Of a stretch of DNA of 64,000 nt, positions 53,884 through 63,811 are shown in pieces. Position 1 is the stretch's first letter; every line of letters starts with the position of its first letter. The position numbers and the translations under genes were made by a program. A model generated the notes under the pieces. That model saw only the letters and a program-made list of their open reading frames with translations, did no database searches and was not told the origin of the DNA. The DNA lies in the NCBI GenBank assembly GCA_963819815.1, contig CAWFXL010000001.1, forward strand, positions 576,001 to 640,000, written 5' to 3'. Source of the DNA: an uncultured bacterium. GTDB lineage: Bacteria; Babelota; Babeliae; Babelales; Babelaceae.

Positions 53884-54057
53884 ATGCTTTACCTCACCCT
53901 TAAAAAAGAGCTGCCACGACGACGTACAACAGCTCAATGCACTCAGAAATTATCCCTCGTACCAAAGGTTATTACTATTTCATTGCTGAACCCGCCCTGT
54001 TCATACCGATTGAAGAGCAAAAAAGGTTCGTCTAAAGTGGTAAAATTCTTTATATAA
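53884..54057 (+). CDS. Small basic protein (57 aa)
   Basis: TTGACA(53815)-N16-TAGACT promoter, AAAGGAG RBS, downstream terminator. Confidence 0.5.
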   Translation: MLYLTLKKELPRRRTTAQCTQKLSLVPKVITISLLNPPCSYRLKSKKGSSKVVKFFI

Positions 54058-54073
54058 AGGATATATAAATCGT

Positions 54074-54105
54074 AAGGGTGTGATTAAATTCACACCCCTT
54101 TTTTT
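54074..54105 (+). terminator. Intrinsic terminator
   Basis: AGGGTGTGA-TTAAAT-TCACACCCC-TTTTTTT. Confidence 0.75.
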
Positions 54106-54122
54106 GATCTCAACACATCCTC

Positions 54123-55043
54123 TCACGCTTCTAGTCCCTGATCTTTGAAGGTAGCTTCCTTGGGCTCTTTATCTGGCCGCATCCGCAAAAATACCGGAGC
54201 ACGTACCACGTGTGCATCGGTGAACTCAAGATACTTAATTTCACAGACTAATTGAGGCTTCATCCAGGTAATAACTTTCTGAGCTGTTACCGGTATCTCC
54301 TTCAAAAGAGAATTATCATGGGGATCGGGAAGGATAAACTTTTTGTACAGCACAAGAAGATCACTACGAATTTGCTCCGAAAAGCCTGTCCCCACTTTGC
54401 CGATGTATCTGAGCCTCCCTTCATCATAGATGCCGAGTATAAGGGACGACAGCGCACGTTTTTGTGTGGTATAGCCTAGGACAACTGCTTCAAGAGTCTT
54501 ATATGCTTTAATTTTGAGCCATATTTTCTGCCGTTTGCCTGGATAATAGAGACTCTGTGGATCTTTTGCCATGACCCCTTCCATATGCCTCTTCTGAATC
54601 TCCTTCCAAAGCGCATGCCCATCAGAAGTATAGAGACACTTTTCTAAAGATGGTCCATCCAATACCACTTTCTCAAGGATCTTTTTCCGCTCTACAAGCG
54701 GAGTCGTCATCAGATCTTTCCCATTATAGGCAAGTATATCAAACACGATATAGACTGCCTCATGATCCTGCTGCCACAGAGAAAAGCGCGGCACTGATGC
54801 ACTATCAAGTACCACAATTTCGCCATCAAGTATGGCTGAATGAGCCTTAATCTGGTTTCTAAACTGAAACTCAGGATATTCTTTGGTAATGTTGATCCTA
54901 TTGCGTGAATAAAAGCTTAATGAATCATCGACATAGCAAAGCGATCGTATGCCATCAAGCTTAGGCTCAAATAAAAGACCTGGACGATCAAGATCTTTTT
55001 CGGTGCCAATTACCGCTTTCATGGGAACAAGAGGGCGCTTCAT
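54123..55043 (-). CDS. ligD: ATP-dependent DNA ligase (NHEJ LigD ligase domain only)
   Basis: EPKLDGIR, LDGEIV, FDIL, EGVMAK, WLKIK, GKVGTGF, RAPVF.R.R.DK. Confidence 0.9.
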   Translation of the reverse strand: MKRPLVPMKAVIGTEKDLDRPGLLFEPKLDGIRSLCYVDDSLSFYSRNRINITKEYPEFQFRNQIKAHSAILDGEIVVLDSASVPRFSLWQQDHEAVYIVFDILAYNGKDLMTTPLVERKKILEKVVLDGPSLEKCLYTSDGHALWKEIQKRHMEGVMAKDPQSLYYPGKRQKIWLKIKAYKTLEAVVLGYTTQKRALSSLILGIYDEGRLRYIGKVGTGFSEQIRSDLLVLYKKFILPDPHDNSLLKEIPVTAQKVITWMKPQLVCEIKYLEFTDAHVVRAPVFLRMRPDKEPKEATFKDQGLEA

Positions 55044-55843
55044 CTACCACGCTTTCCTGAAGTCTTTTCTTCATATGCGCTCAACGAAGCTTTGAGAGAC
55101 TCCATGAGTGATTCTTGTGGACGTGAGGGAGGAGCAACCTTTTCTACCTCTACAATTTTGCCCTCTTTCTTTAACTTGATCGCTTTTTCAAGTCGTGCAG
55201 CAAAGGTATCTTTAAAGTCTTGTATATTGAATTCTTTCTGGTACAGCCTCTCCATAAGGAGCTGCGCAAGTTCAAGTTCTTTAGCTGTAATTTTTACCGA
55301 AACCTCTTCCTTGAGTTGTTTCAACGGAACGACTTCATAAGCATAATTAAGAGTCGAAAGGAGCAGCGCATCTTCATAGGGCTCTATAAGACATACAGAA
55401 TCTTTATCACGCATCACAAACTGGCCTATGGCACCTTTCTTAAACTTGGCAAGAGCAGCACAAAAGAGTGCATAGGCTTTGTCTGAAGACTTTTGAGGAA
55501 CTACATAATAATGTGCGTCGTAGTATAATGGAGAGACAATTCCCTTATCCACAAATTCTACAATATCGATTGTATCCGTTTTCGTGGGCTTAAGAGATTT
55601 AAGAGCTTCTTGGGTCATCACAAAATAGGTGCCATCAGGTAATGGCAGCCCTTTTACCGTATCGGACCATTCAATCTCTTTATCACAATGAGGACACCAT
55701 CGTTTATTTACTATAGGGGTATCACACTTAGCATGCAAAATTTTGAAGCCTAATACATGTTCTCGCACTGCTTTTAAAAGCTGCACTTGAATTGATACCA
55801 GACCAAAATTAATCGTACCCTTCCATAGTGGACGTACACTCAT
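55040..55843 (-). CDS. ku: NHEJ Ku protein
   Basis: WKGTINFGLVSI.V, TIDIVEFV, YYV.P, F.MR, FKD, LMESLKASL. Confidence 0.93.
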   Translation of the reverse strand: MSVRPLWKGTINFGLVSIQVQLLKAVREHVLGFKILHAKCDTPIVNKRWCPHCDKEIEWSDTVKGLPLPDGTYFVMTQEALKSLKPTKTDTIDIVEFVDKGIVSPLYYDAHYYVVPQKSSDKAYALFCAALAKFKKGAIGQFVMRDKDSVCLIEPYEDALLLSTLNYAYEVVPLKQLKEEVSVKITAKELELAQLLMERLYQKEFNIQDFKDTFAARLEKAIKLKKEGKIVEVEKVAPPSRPQESLMESLKASLSAYEEKTSGKRGR

Positions 55844-55951
55844 AGATTCTCCTCCCCTGTTGTAAGTATGGAACAAAGAGATTCTGAAGTGCAATGATTT
55901 TTTCTACATGGAGAACTGTGGCTCCGATATATCTGCTGGCACCCTATTACC

Positions 55952-57526
55952 TTATTGATCAGAGCTCTCTCCACGATCCCAAAGAATGTAGAGAAGAAAA
56001 TGAGGTACATTATAGAAGCTCACAATATTATTCGAGGCCATATAAGCTTTGATCTTATCCTCATCCCAACCTGCAAGGTAACAGACCCGCAATGCATCTA
56101 TCAGTCTTTCCTTACGAGCATGCATATATTCATTTGAATGTGCTCCTGCTTGCTGGTGAGGAGTTTCATAGGTAAGTCGATATTTTTTGCCCTCACCAAA
56201 ATTCAGGACAAGTGCTCCTTTATTGTGACCACCGTCTCCTCGTGAAGCATTGGAGATGATCCCGAGCATCGCATTAATCTCTTGGTTCATCTCTTGCACG
56301 CTAACTGTTTTCCGAGCGCTCAATGTTTCCAATCTCTCTAAGGCTACTTTTCGAAGCCTATCAAGAGCTGTCTCAGGAGCGGGTTCCTCAAAAGATGCGT
56401 CACTGCTTGTTGCCACGTTAGACGCAGCATCGGGAGATCTTCTCGTTTTGACTTTTACTCTCTGGGTTGCAACTACTGAAGACTCTTCCTCACTGCCAGC
56501 AAGATCTCGCCATTCTGGCCGAAGGGCTCTTGGTGCACTAGGTGCCTGGTCTAGTCGCACAGAAGCATTGCTTGATTTCGGAAGAACTAAAGCGGGCGAA
56601 CTCGAATTAGGTTTTTGAGGAAGTATATTAAGCATACTCAACTCAGGTTTTTGAGGAACAGGTTCTACGATAGCCTTTCCTTCTCTCATCTTTATACCGT
56701 ACTGCAAGATATTCCATAGTACCTGTATCGCTCCTGTAATATAGTCATAGTCTGCATGAGCTTGAAGACAACGGAAAAAAACCCATTCCTCAGGAGTCCA
56801 CCTTCGAAGAATCACATAATACGTGTCACCTTGACTAACGATGTGATCAATAGTGCTGTTAATTCCGCAAAAATTATAAAAGCACTCGGCCAATAAAGCA
56901 TCAGTTGCCCCATCAAGAATCTTAGCTACCGGCCTATTATTGCGCATTTTGCCCGAACGGTAACTTTCGTAGAGCTCATTGAGATGGTAAACAATACCCA
57001 GCCACATAATCCCTCCGCAAAGCATGATATCTCGCTGATTTAGTGGATAGCTGCCAATATAATCACCCGAGACGAGCGCATAAAAAACATAGAGCTGGAG
57101 AGCTGCACGCAGCGTATGATGAAACTGGCTCAAAGTATATCGGGAGCTTTGAATCTGTTTAGAGACTTTTTGAATCAAGCTTTTTTTAGAAATTCTTAAA
57201 TGGGAATATTGCGCCTCTGCCACCTGTTCAAGATACGCCTCGATACAATTTTTGCCCAGCCGATAGAGGGCATCGTAACCTAGGCCAGCACTCGCTACCA
57301 GAGGTATGTCCGCCAGTGACATCTTGTTTGGATCGTTAGGAAGGACGGTCGAAAGAGCATATCCAGCAGCTGCTCCAACCAGCTCTTTTGCTGGAGTCTC
57401 CCAGTTGCGGCTATATGACTCAGGTTTTTCAAGTACCTGCTGCGCAGCTACAGCAGAGTAGGTTACCGTAAAAAGTACCCCATAAAGTATATTGTGCCAG
57501 CTCTGTTTGGTTGCGTTATTCTGCAT
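55952..57526 (-). CDS. Hypothetical multi-domain membrane protein
   Basis: Long ORF, several hydrophobic segments, Ser/Pro-rich linker, globular C-terminal domain. Confidence 0.65.
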   Translation of the reverse strand: MQNNATKQSWHNILYGVLFTVTYSAVAAQQVLEKPESYSRNWETPAKELVGAAAGYALSTVLPNDPNKMSLADIPLVASAGLGYDALYRLGKNCIEAYLEQVAEAQYSHLRISKKSLIQKVSKQIQSSRYTLSQFHHTLRAALQLYVFYALVSGDYIGSYPLNQRDIMLCGGIMWLGIVYHLNELYESYRSGKMRNNRPVAKILDGATDALLAECFYNFCGINSTIDHIVSQGDTYYVILRRWTPEEWVFFRCLQAHADYDYITGAIQVLWNILQYGIKMREGKAIVEPVPQKPELSMLNILPQKPNSSSPALVLPKSSNASVRLDQAPSAPRALRPEWRDLAGSEEESSVVATQRVKVKTRRSPDAASNVATSSDASFEEPAPETALDRLRKVALERLETLSARKTVSVQEMNQEINAMLGIISNASRGDGGHNKGALVLNFGEGKKYRLTYETPHQQAGAHSNEYMHARKERLIDALRVCYLAGWDEDKIKAYMASNNIVSFYNVPHFLLYILWDRGESSDQ

Positions 57527-57915
57527 AGCAAAGATCCTATTTTTTATATTTCTCATAGAGATAAATTACATTTCCAATAACATTATACTACACACTAAAA
57601 GACTTTTAGTCTAGCCCGCATACCTTACAACTCACCTCACAGGAGAATTCATACCCTTCACTTCAGCCAATCGGCTTTTCCCCTACCATGATAGAGTAGC
57701 GCTCTATTTTTCAAGAGGTGCAGTATGTTTATGCCATTCCTATAGACATTTCTTGCTCAGTACACCATAAAAAGACCGCTCAAAAAGGCATTGGAACCAA
57801 TAGGCTATACCTCATAGTTTATCCTGAGGCACTTTCTACGACGCCCGATGGGGGGCACGGCCAACCCCCCAATTAATTCAATACGAATAAAATCCCAAAC
57901 CCCATATTAACAAAA

Positions 57916-57944
57916 TTGACAAAATTGCCCTAAAGGGGTATATT
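57916..57944 (+). promoter_or_regulatory. Sigma70-like promoter
   Basis: TTGACA-N17-TATATT upstream of 58000. Confidence 0.6.
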
Positions 57945-57999
57945 CAATGAGAACTAATCTTTAGAACAAATATTTCGATCAATTTTTGGGAAAATTACT

Positions 58000-60702
58000 A
58001 TGAAAAGTCAATTCATCAAGCTTTTAGCTATAACACTAGGTATGCTCACACCCTACTCATTGCAGGGTATGATAGTAGAGAAACAACTAACCGTTGCATC
58101 ATCAGCTACAGAAACGTTTGATCTTCATCTGCGTAATGAAAATCTAGATCCTGTGCATGTAGCACTCGTAGAACAAAAAGCGCCAACAGAAGGGGTTGCA
58201 AGCTGGAGGTTGGTCTCTGCTGTTAGCTCGTACGGATACACTAATGCACTCAGCACCCAATCACAAGAAATCAAACCATCTGAAACCATAACTATCAAAG
58301 TCCCTAAGATATCACCTATCTATAAACGCTGGATTTGTTGGGACACTAAGCCCATTACAGGCCCGCAATGCGGCACGACTATTCCTCTTGAAAAAGAAGT
58401 ACCCGAAAACGAAAAAACAATAGATATTATAAGTGATGCACGTAAACTGCAACTAAAAGAGCAAACATCTAAAGAAAAGACCGAACAGCAGGTCGTTAAT
58501 CTACGTGCTGAAATAAAGCCAATATCCGAAGAAGCTTCAAAAAGCGTTCTTCCACAAGATAGGTATCTTCTAAAAATTAAAAACCTTGATATGAAAACAC
58601 TCCATGTAGCACTTGTTGCTGGAATACCCCAACCTCAAACATGGGTGGGTTATTTGGTTTCATCGGTACCCTATACACTAGAACCGCTTACCGCCTCAGT
58701 GGAAATCCAAGCCGACAAAAAAATACTGCTTACGCTTCCAAAAAATATTGATATAGCAAAGCTCTGGATCTATTGGGATACAAAGCCCATTGAATGCAAA
58801 GGTGTCTGCAATGGTTCTACCGTTGAGCTCAAGCCTACCGTTACTGAAGATAAGAAAACGGTTAAGCTAATGACTGAAGAGCGCAAATTATATTTGAATA
58901 ACATGGCAGAACGGCTTATAGAGCGCAAACAAGGGCCTCAAACAGATAAATATGCACTAGTAACTTCTGGAGGCACCCTATCTGATGAGGAAAGCCGGAC
59001 ACTTGAAAATCGCGAACGTACAGTCAAAGAATCGGTACAGAGTATAACTGGCTCTGCCCACTCTATACCTCGTATTGGGATATGTCATAGTGGTGGCGGA
59101 TTGCGCGCCATGTTCTCAGCTATTGGATTATCTCAGGGACTTAATAGAGCAGGTCTTATAAATGCCTTCTTGTATGCCGCGGGATTATCTGGGTCGACCT
59201 GGTTCCTCATGAAATGGCTCGAACAAGGTGGCAGTCCAGATAAGCTCGATGAAATTGCAGAAACTTTGCGTGCCTCTATGGCAAAAGGACTCATACCTAA
59301 AGAACTTCTTGATCCCGTTACCAAAGAACTTAGTAACTGGCAAGCATTTAAAGAGCTTGCTTATGGAGGAGCACTCGATAAACATCCTAACTTTATGGCC
59401 CAATTTAAGGCAACCATCATCTGTCCAAATGGCGTATGTCTTAAAACAAATCCTTCATTAATTGATTTATGGGGCTACTTTTTGGGGCGACGTCTCTTTA
59501 AAGGTAATGAGAACAAATACCAATTTACGTTATCATCGCTTCAAGCCACTGCTCAAAATGCAAAAATGCCTTTACCTATATTTACCGCTATAGATACTAG
59601 AGGGACAGAAGGTTATATTGAAAGTCTCACTAAATGGGCATGGAGCAATCACGAACAAGAACCACCAAAAAATTATAAGTTTCTTGAAGTTACTCCCTTT
59701 AATGCAGCTCTTCGCAGTAAACATACATTAAACGAGATTCCTCTGTGGGGATTAGGTCGGAAGTATAAGAGTGGGTGGCTTGACATCTATTCGATAAAAG
59801 AGCCAAGCCATAACTTCCAACCTTTTGCATCAACCAAGCAAATAGCTGGACAGCCCCAAACGACACGTATGGAATTTAGTCGAATAGAACCAAGTGCAAC
59901 CCAATTACTCGGCGCCTTCGGTTCTGCATTTACCGTCTCACTGGGAGAGGTAACCAAGATGATGGAAACAACAATCGAGGCCGGTGCCCAAAAGGCACAA
60001 TGGATTGCCTTAGGAGCACATGTCGTTGGTGCAGCAGTACCACACTTAAGGACGGTTGGCCAAGCTGTTGGAGCAGCAAGTGAGGTCATGAAGCATGTTT
60101 CTAAAACTCTTATAAAGTCTCAGTCTGATATCCAGTTTTTTGCTGGACTTGGACTTTATGATTTTTCTCGTGGCGGCGATGAACAGCTTGAATTGCGTGA
60201 TGCGGGTGTCTTCTATAATCTTCCCTTACCTCCGCTCTTTGATAAGCGACGTGACCTTGATATCATACTCGTTCATGATACCAGTGGTGACTTACATGCG
60301 ATGGAAGATGGAAGACCTATGATTGGTTCAGAGTTAGCAAAATTTGCACAATATCCACAGTTTGCCGAGAAAGCACTTCCCCATGATCTTAGAAATAACG
60401 CATCATTTAAAACTAAAATGGACGCACTCTATAACCATAAGAAAATGTTGGCCGTATTTAATGATCCTCGTTCAGCAGATTATAATCCAGATGAGGTAAC
60501 GGTAATTTATCTGCCAACCATCGCCCATCCCAATGTCGCAGGACTTGAATGCAGTCCTACTGAGAAGTTTGGTACCTTCAAACTGCAGTATGATGCACCA
60601 GAATCTGAGCAGCTCATGCAGTATAACAGGGTACTCGCAGAAAAAAATGCCGAAGAAATCAAAGAGATTATTAAGGCAAAAACTCAGGCAATGAACTCAT
60701 AA
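58000..60702 (+). CDS. Secreted cPLA2/phospholipase B-type (lysophospholipase catalytic domain) protein
   Basis: SGGGLRAM oxyanion loop, GLSGSTW nucleophile, PLPIFTA, EVTP, GAFGSAF, LRDAG..YNLP. Confidence 0.85.
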   Translation: MKSQFIKLLAITLGMLTPYSLQGMIVEKQLTVASSATETFDLHLRNENLDPVHVALVEQKAPTEGVASWRLVSAVSSYGYTNALSTQSQEIKPSETITIKVPKISPIYKRWICWDTKPITGPQCGTTIPLEKEVPENEKTIDIISDARKLQLKEQTSKEKTEQQVVNLRAEIKPISEEASKSVLPQDRYLLKIKNLDMKTLHVALVAGIPQPQTWVGYLVSSVPYTLEPLTASVEIQADKKILLTLPKNIDIAKLWIYWDTKPIECKGVCNGSTVELKPTVTEDKKTVKLMTEERKLYLNNMAERLIERKQGPQTDKYALVTSGGTLSDEESRTLENRERTVKESVQSITGSAHSIPRIGICHSGGGLRAMFSAIGLSQGLNRAGLINAFLYAAGLSGSTWFLMKWLEQGGSPDKLDEIAETLRASMAKGLIPKELLDPVTKELSNWQAFKELAYGGALDKHPNFMAQFKATIICPNGVCLKTNPSLIDLWGYFLGRRLFKGNENKYQFTLSSLQATAQNAKMPLPIFTAIDTRGTEGYIESLTKWAWSNHEQEPPKNYKFLEVTPFNAALRSKHTLNEIPLWGLGRKYKSGWLDIYSIKEPSHNFQPFASTKQIAGQPQTTRMEFSRIEPSATQLLGAFGSAFTVSLGEVTKMMETTIEAGAQKAQWIALGAHVVGAAVPHLRTVGQAVGAASEVMKHVSKTLIKSQSDIQFFAGLGLYDFSRGGDEQLELRDAGVFYNLPLPPLFDKRRDLDIILVHDTSGDLHAMEDGRPMIGSELAKFAQYPQFAEKALPHDLRNNASFKTKMDALYNHKKMLAVFNDPRSADYNPDEVTVIYLPTIAHPNVAGLECSPTEKFGTFKLQYDAPESEQLMQYNRVLAEKNAEEIKEIIKAKTQAMNS

Positions 60703-60705
60703 AGA

Positions 60706-60744
60706 TTGACTGCGGGAGGAAGTTATTAATCCTCCCGCAGTCAA
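60706..60744. terminator. Hairpin terminator between convergent genes
   Basis: TTGACTGCGGGAGGA-N9-TCCTCCCGCAGTCAA 15-bp perfect stem. Confidence 0.75.
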
Positions 60745-60781
60745 GTTGATCACACTAGTGCAATTTCACTCTCTCCTCTGT

Positions 60782-62068
60782 TCACTCAACCGTTAAAAGC
60801 TCATGCCAATTGGTAGTGTAGTGAGGAGACTTTCGCAAACGTTTTGCCTTCCACGTATGATCTATACCAGCAGATACATAGGTAAGACTATGTGATCCAA
60901 ATCGTGCGGTAATCATATCATAGGTCTTCATAAGCTGTTTTTGCTTACTCACATCAACATCCGGATTAAAAAGATCAAGCTGCCGCTGCTCAGCAGATAC
61001 TAAATGGCTCAGCATAATACCCGCTTTTTTATAGAGATACCCCTGCTTAAAGATCTCATCGAGGCATGCAGATGCTGCATCAAGAAGATACGGTGTATAA
61101 TCAGTTGGCATAGCAAAACTATAACTTGCTGCATTATAATACTGTTCATGATCATGATAGCGGCTTGTTGCAATAAAGACCGTCATCAAAGCAGCTACCT
61201 CTTTTTCTCGACGAAGCTTTTGGGCAGCACGAATAGTATAGGCAGCAATGGCCTCTTCAAGATGTCTTCGCTCCGATACAAGCTTTCCAAATGACCGTGA
61301 AACGGTAAGTGATTGCTTGGCAGGAACATGGTCAATAAGATTCAAGCATGGGGTACCCCGCAGCTCTAGGACCGTCTTAAGACCAAGAATAGTCATGTTC
61401 TTACGAACCCACAGATCAGGAGCATACTTAAGATCTTTGACCGTTTTAATGCGATTCTGCACAAGCATCTTACCATAGCGATATCCCACACCCCATACAT
61501 CCTGAACGGGCATAGATGCAAGAAGCTGATCAACCTGAGGATGCTGTGTAATATCAAAGACACCCTGATGCTCAGGTCTTTTCTTTGCAAGTTTATTGGC
61601 AATTTTTGCAAGCGTTTTCGTCGGCGCAATACCTATAGATACAGGAATACCGGTGTGCTTGCGCACCAATGCTCTCATATGACGACCATAGTTCGTATAA
61701 TCCTTGGTATAAGGAGCAAACAAAAAAGCTTCATCTATTGAATAGATTTCTATGTCTGCTGCAAGATGTGAAAGCGTCTGCATAACTCGCGCTGACATGT
61801 CTGCATACAGAGAAAAGTTAGATGAGAGTACCTGTATGTTATGCCGCTTAATAAGAGGTTCTATTTTAAAAGCAGCCTCACCCATCGCAATACCCAAAGC
61901 CTTTGCCTCCTGTGAGCGAGATACTACACAACCATCATTATTAGAAAGCACCACAACAGGCTTACCAATAAGACGAGGATTAAATACTTGCTCACAGGAG
62001 ACAAAAAAGTTATTGCAATCAACTAAAAAGAATCGCTTTCCCGGAATTATACCCGGTGTATCACGCAT
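60782..62068 (-). CDS. umuC: Y-family DNA polymerase V subunit UmuC
   Basis: DCNNFFVSCE, VLSNNDGC, SSNFSLYADMS, YSIDE, KAGI.L, SPHYTT.W. Confidence 0.95.
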   Translation of the reverse strand: MRDTPGIIPGKRFFLVDCNNFFVSCEQVFNPRLIGKPVVVLSNNDGCVVSRSQEAKALGIAMGEAAFKIEPLIKRHNIQVLSSNFSLYADMSARVMQTLSHLAADIEIYSIDEAFLFAPYTKDYTNYGRHMRALVRKHTGIPVSIGIAPTKTLAKIANKLAKKRPEHQGVFDITQHPQVDQLLASMPVQDVWGVGYRYGKMLVQNRIKTVKDLKYAPDLWVRKNMTILGLKTVLELRGTPCLNLIDHVPAKQSLTVSRSFGKLVSERRHLEEAIAAYTIRAAQKLRREKEVAALMTVFIATSRYHDHEQYYNAASYSFAMPTDYTPYLLDAASACLDEIFKQGYLYKKAGIMLSHLVSAEQRQLDLFNPDVDVSKQKQLMKTYDMITARFGSHSLTYVSAGIDHTWKAKRLRKSPHYTTNWHELLTVE

Positions 62069-62451
62069 GTTACAACTCCCCACACCTCAAAATCCATTGA
62101 GGGGGTAATAATAATAGGTTCATAGGCAGGATTCTCTGCACAAAGCAGTATCCTTGACCCTTCTTTACGAAGACGCTTAACGGTAAGTTCACCATCAATA
62201 CGTGCAATAACAATCTTATTATTGGTAGGCGTAAGTGCCCGATCAACAATAAGAATATCATCTGACGTAATACCAGCATTCATCATAGAATCACCCGATA
62301 CGCGCACAAAAAAAGTTGCTGCAGGATGTTGAATAAGCAACTCATTTAAGTTCAGTGCTCGATCAACATAATCTTCAGCAATAGAAGGAAACCCTGCAGG
62401 AACAAGAGATTCAAAAAGAGGAAATGAGAGCTCTTTGCGTAGTTTACCCAT
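62047..62451 (-). CDS. umuD: DNA polymerase V subunit UmuD (S24 peptidase)
   Basis: AGFPS.A.DY cleavage site, VSGDSM, TVKRL. Confidence 0.95.
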   Translation of the reverse strand: MGKLRKELSFPLFESLVPAGFPSIAEDYVDRALNLNELLIQHPAATFFVRVSGDSMMNAGITSDDILIVDRALTPTNNKIVIARIDGELTVKRLRKEGSRILLCAENPAYEPIIITPSMDFEVWGVVTCVIHRV

Positions 62452-62939
62452 TGTGATTATCCTTATTATTTATATACTACGCTCTCTAGTATATAAAAAT
62501 CCTCATAAAATGGAAGTTCCGGTCCTGTGGAACTCTGAAAGGATGTAGGCGAGATTAAACCACACCGAGATTGATTGAAGTGAATATATTTCATACTATC
62601 ACTGGAGTTAGAGTTGGCGAAATTATTGTATTTATTTTAAAATCCCGCCAACTCTTGAAGTTTGATCCCCACACAAATTAATATTTTAATAAACACTGCA
62701 TGATATATTTGACCTATAAGGGGTTTTTATGAATTCACCACCCTATAACATCCTTGGGGTGACAGATCGCACAATTCTCCCCCCTCTTTACATGATCATG
62801 CAACATGGTAAACTAAACTTAGATGTGGTACAAGAAGCTCAGTGTGTTAGTACACTGAAAAGGTACAAACACTCATTTCTTGCTGGACCATTGAAAAGAA
62901 CGATATTGTCATTTTTTTTCATTCAGAAGGAGTATTCGC

Positions 62940-63422
62940 ATGAAAAAACTATACGGCATAGTATTGATGAGTCTTGCAGTTGCAAGCTTACAGGCAAAAA
63001 AAGAGATCGACCTTGATGCTATATTGCAAGCAATTCAAAACTCTAACCTACCGGATGCTCAACGTCAGCTGGAACCACTGAATCTTAGCACTAAGAATTC
63101 TGCTGACAGGCAAGAGCTCCTTGAAGAACTGAAAGACAAAGCTACTTCAGTTGATCAAAGACAGAATATCACTAAATTAGCCTTAGGTAGCCTCATTTTG
63201 CTGGGATCAAGTTTAGGAACCACCTTCGCCCAAAGAAGCGACTGGTACAATAGAAATACATCTGTATATCCTAGAGATCTTGTCTATTATTGCTTATTCG
63301 GTGCTCGAGTACTTGCAGCACTCTTTATAAAAGATGGGATTTCAGGACTGTTCTTTAAGGATGGCTCTTCAAAATCTGCACGTGTTCGTGAGTATTTTGA
63401 AGACCTTGCTAATATAGAGTAA
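62940..63422 (+). CDS. Hypothetical exported/membrane protein
   Basis: AAGGAG RBS, signal MKKLYGIVLMSLAVASLQA, two hydrophobic segments. Confidence 0.7.
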   Translation: MKKLYGIVLMSLAVASLQAKKEIDLDAILQAIQNSNLPDAQRQLEPLNLSTKNSADRQELLEELKDKATSVDQRQNITKLALGSLILLGSSLGTTFAQRSDWYNRNTSVYPRDLVYYCLFGARVLAALFIKDGISGLFFKDGSSKSARVREYFEDLANIE

Positions 63423-63526
63423 TTGCCCTGGTTGCGCGATCTTGAAGGCTGGAGAACTCGTGAATAGAGCTCCTCAACGCAAGACAAAAACTAACCTTTA
63501 GAGACTAATCTAAATCTCAGGTAACA

Positions 63527-63568
63527 AAACGGCGGTAGATATAGTACTTCTATCGCCGTTCTTTTTTT
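63527..63568 (+). terminator. Probable intrinsic terminator
   Basis: AACGGCGGTAGA...TCTATCGCCGTT followed by T-run. Confidence 0.55.
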
Positions 63569-63811
63569 GCTCTCAAGAGTATCTAATCCCTTGATAGTTA
63601 TTTTTTTTGTACGAGCTGATCATCTATAGAGTTGATAAACTTCCAAGTCTAGGCGACATGGTAATCCTTTTTTGTTGGAGAAGTAAGAAAAAACGTGATC
63701 AGATGCTCGTGCAGAGGCTCTTAGTCGATCAATGAAATGATGGGTATCTCTACTTTTTTAATGCTCCAACTACAATCCATTGATTATTCAACATACACTT
63801 TTTCTTAAGAA

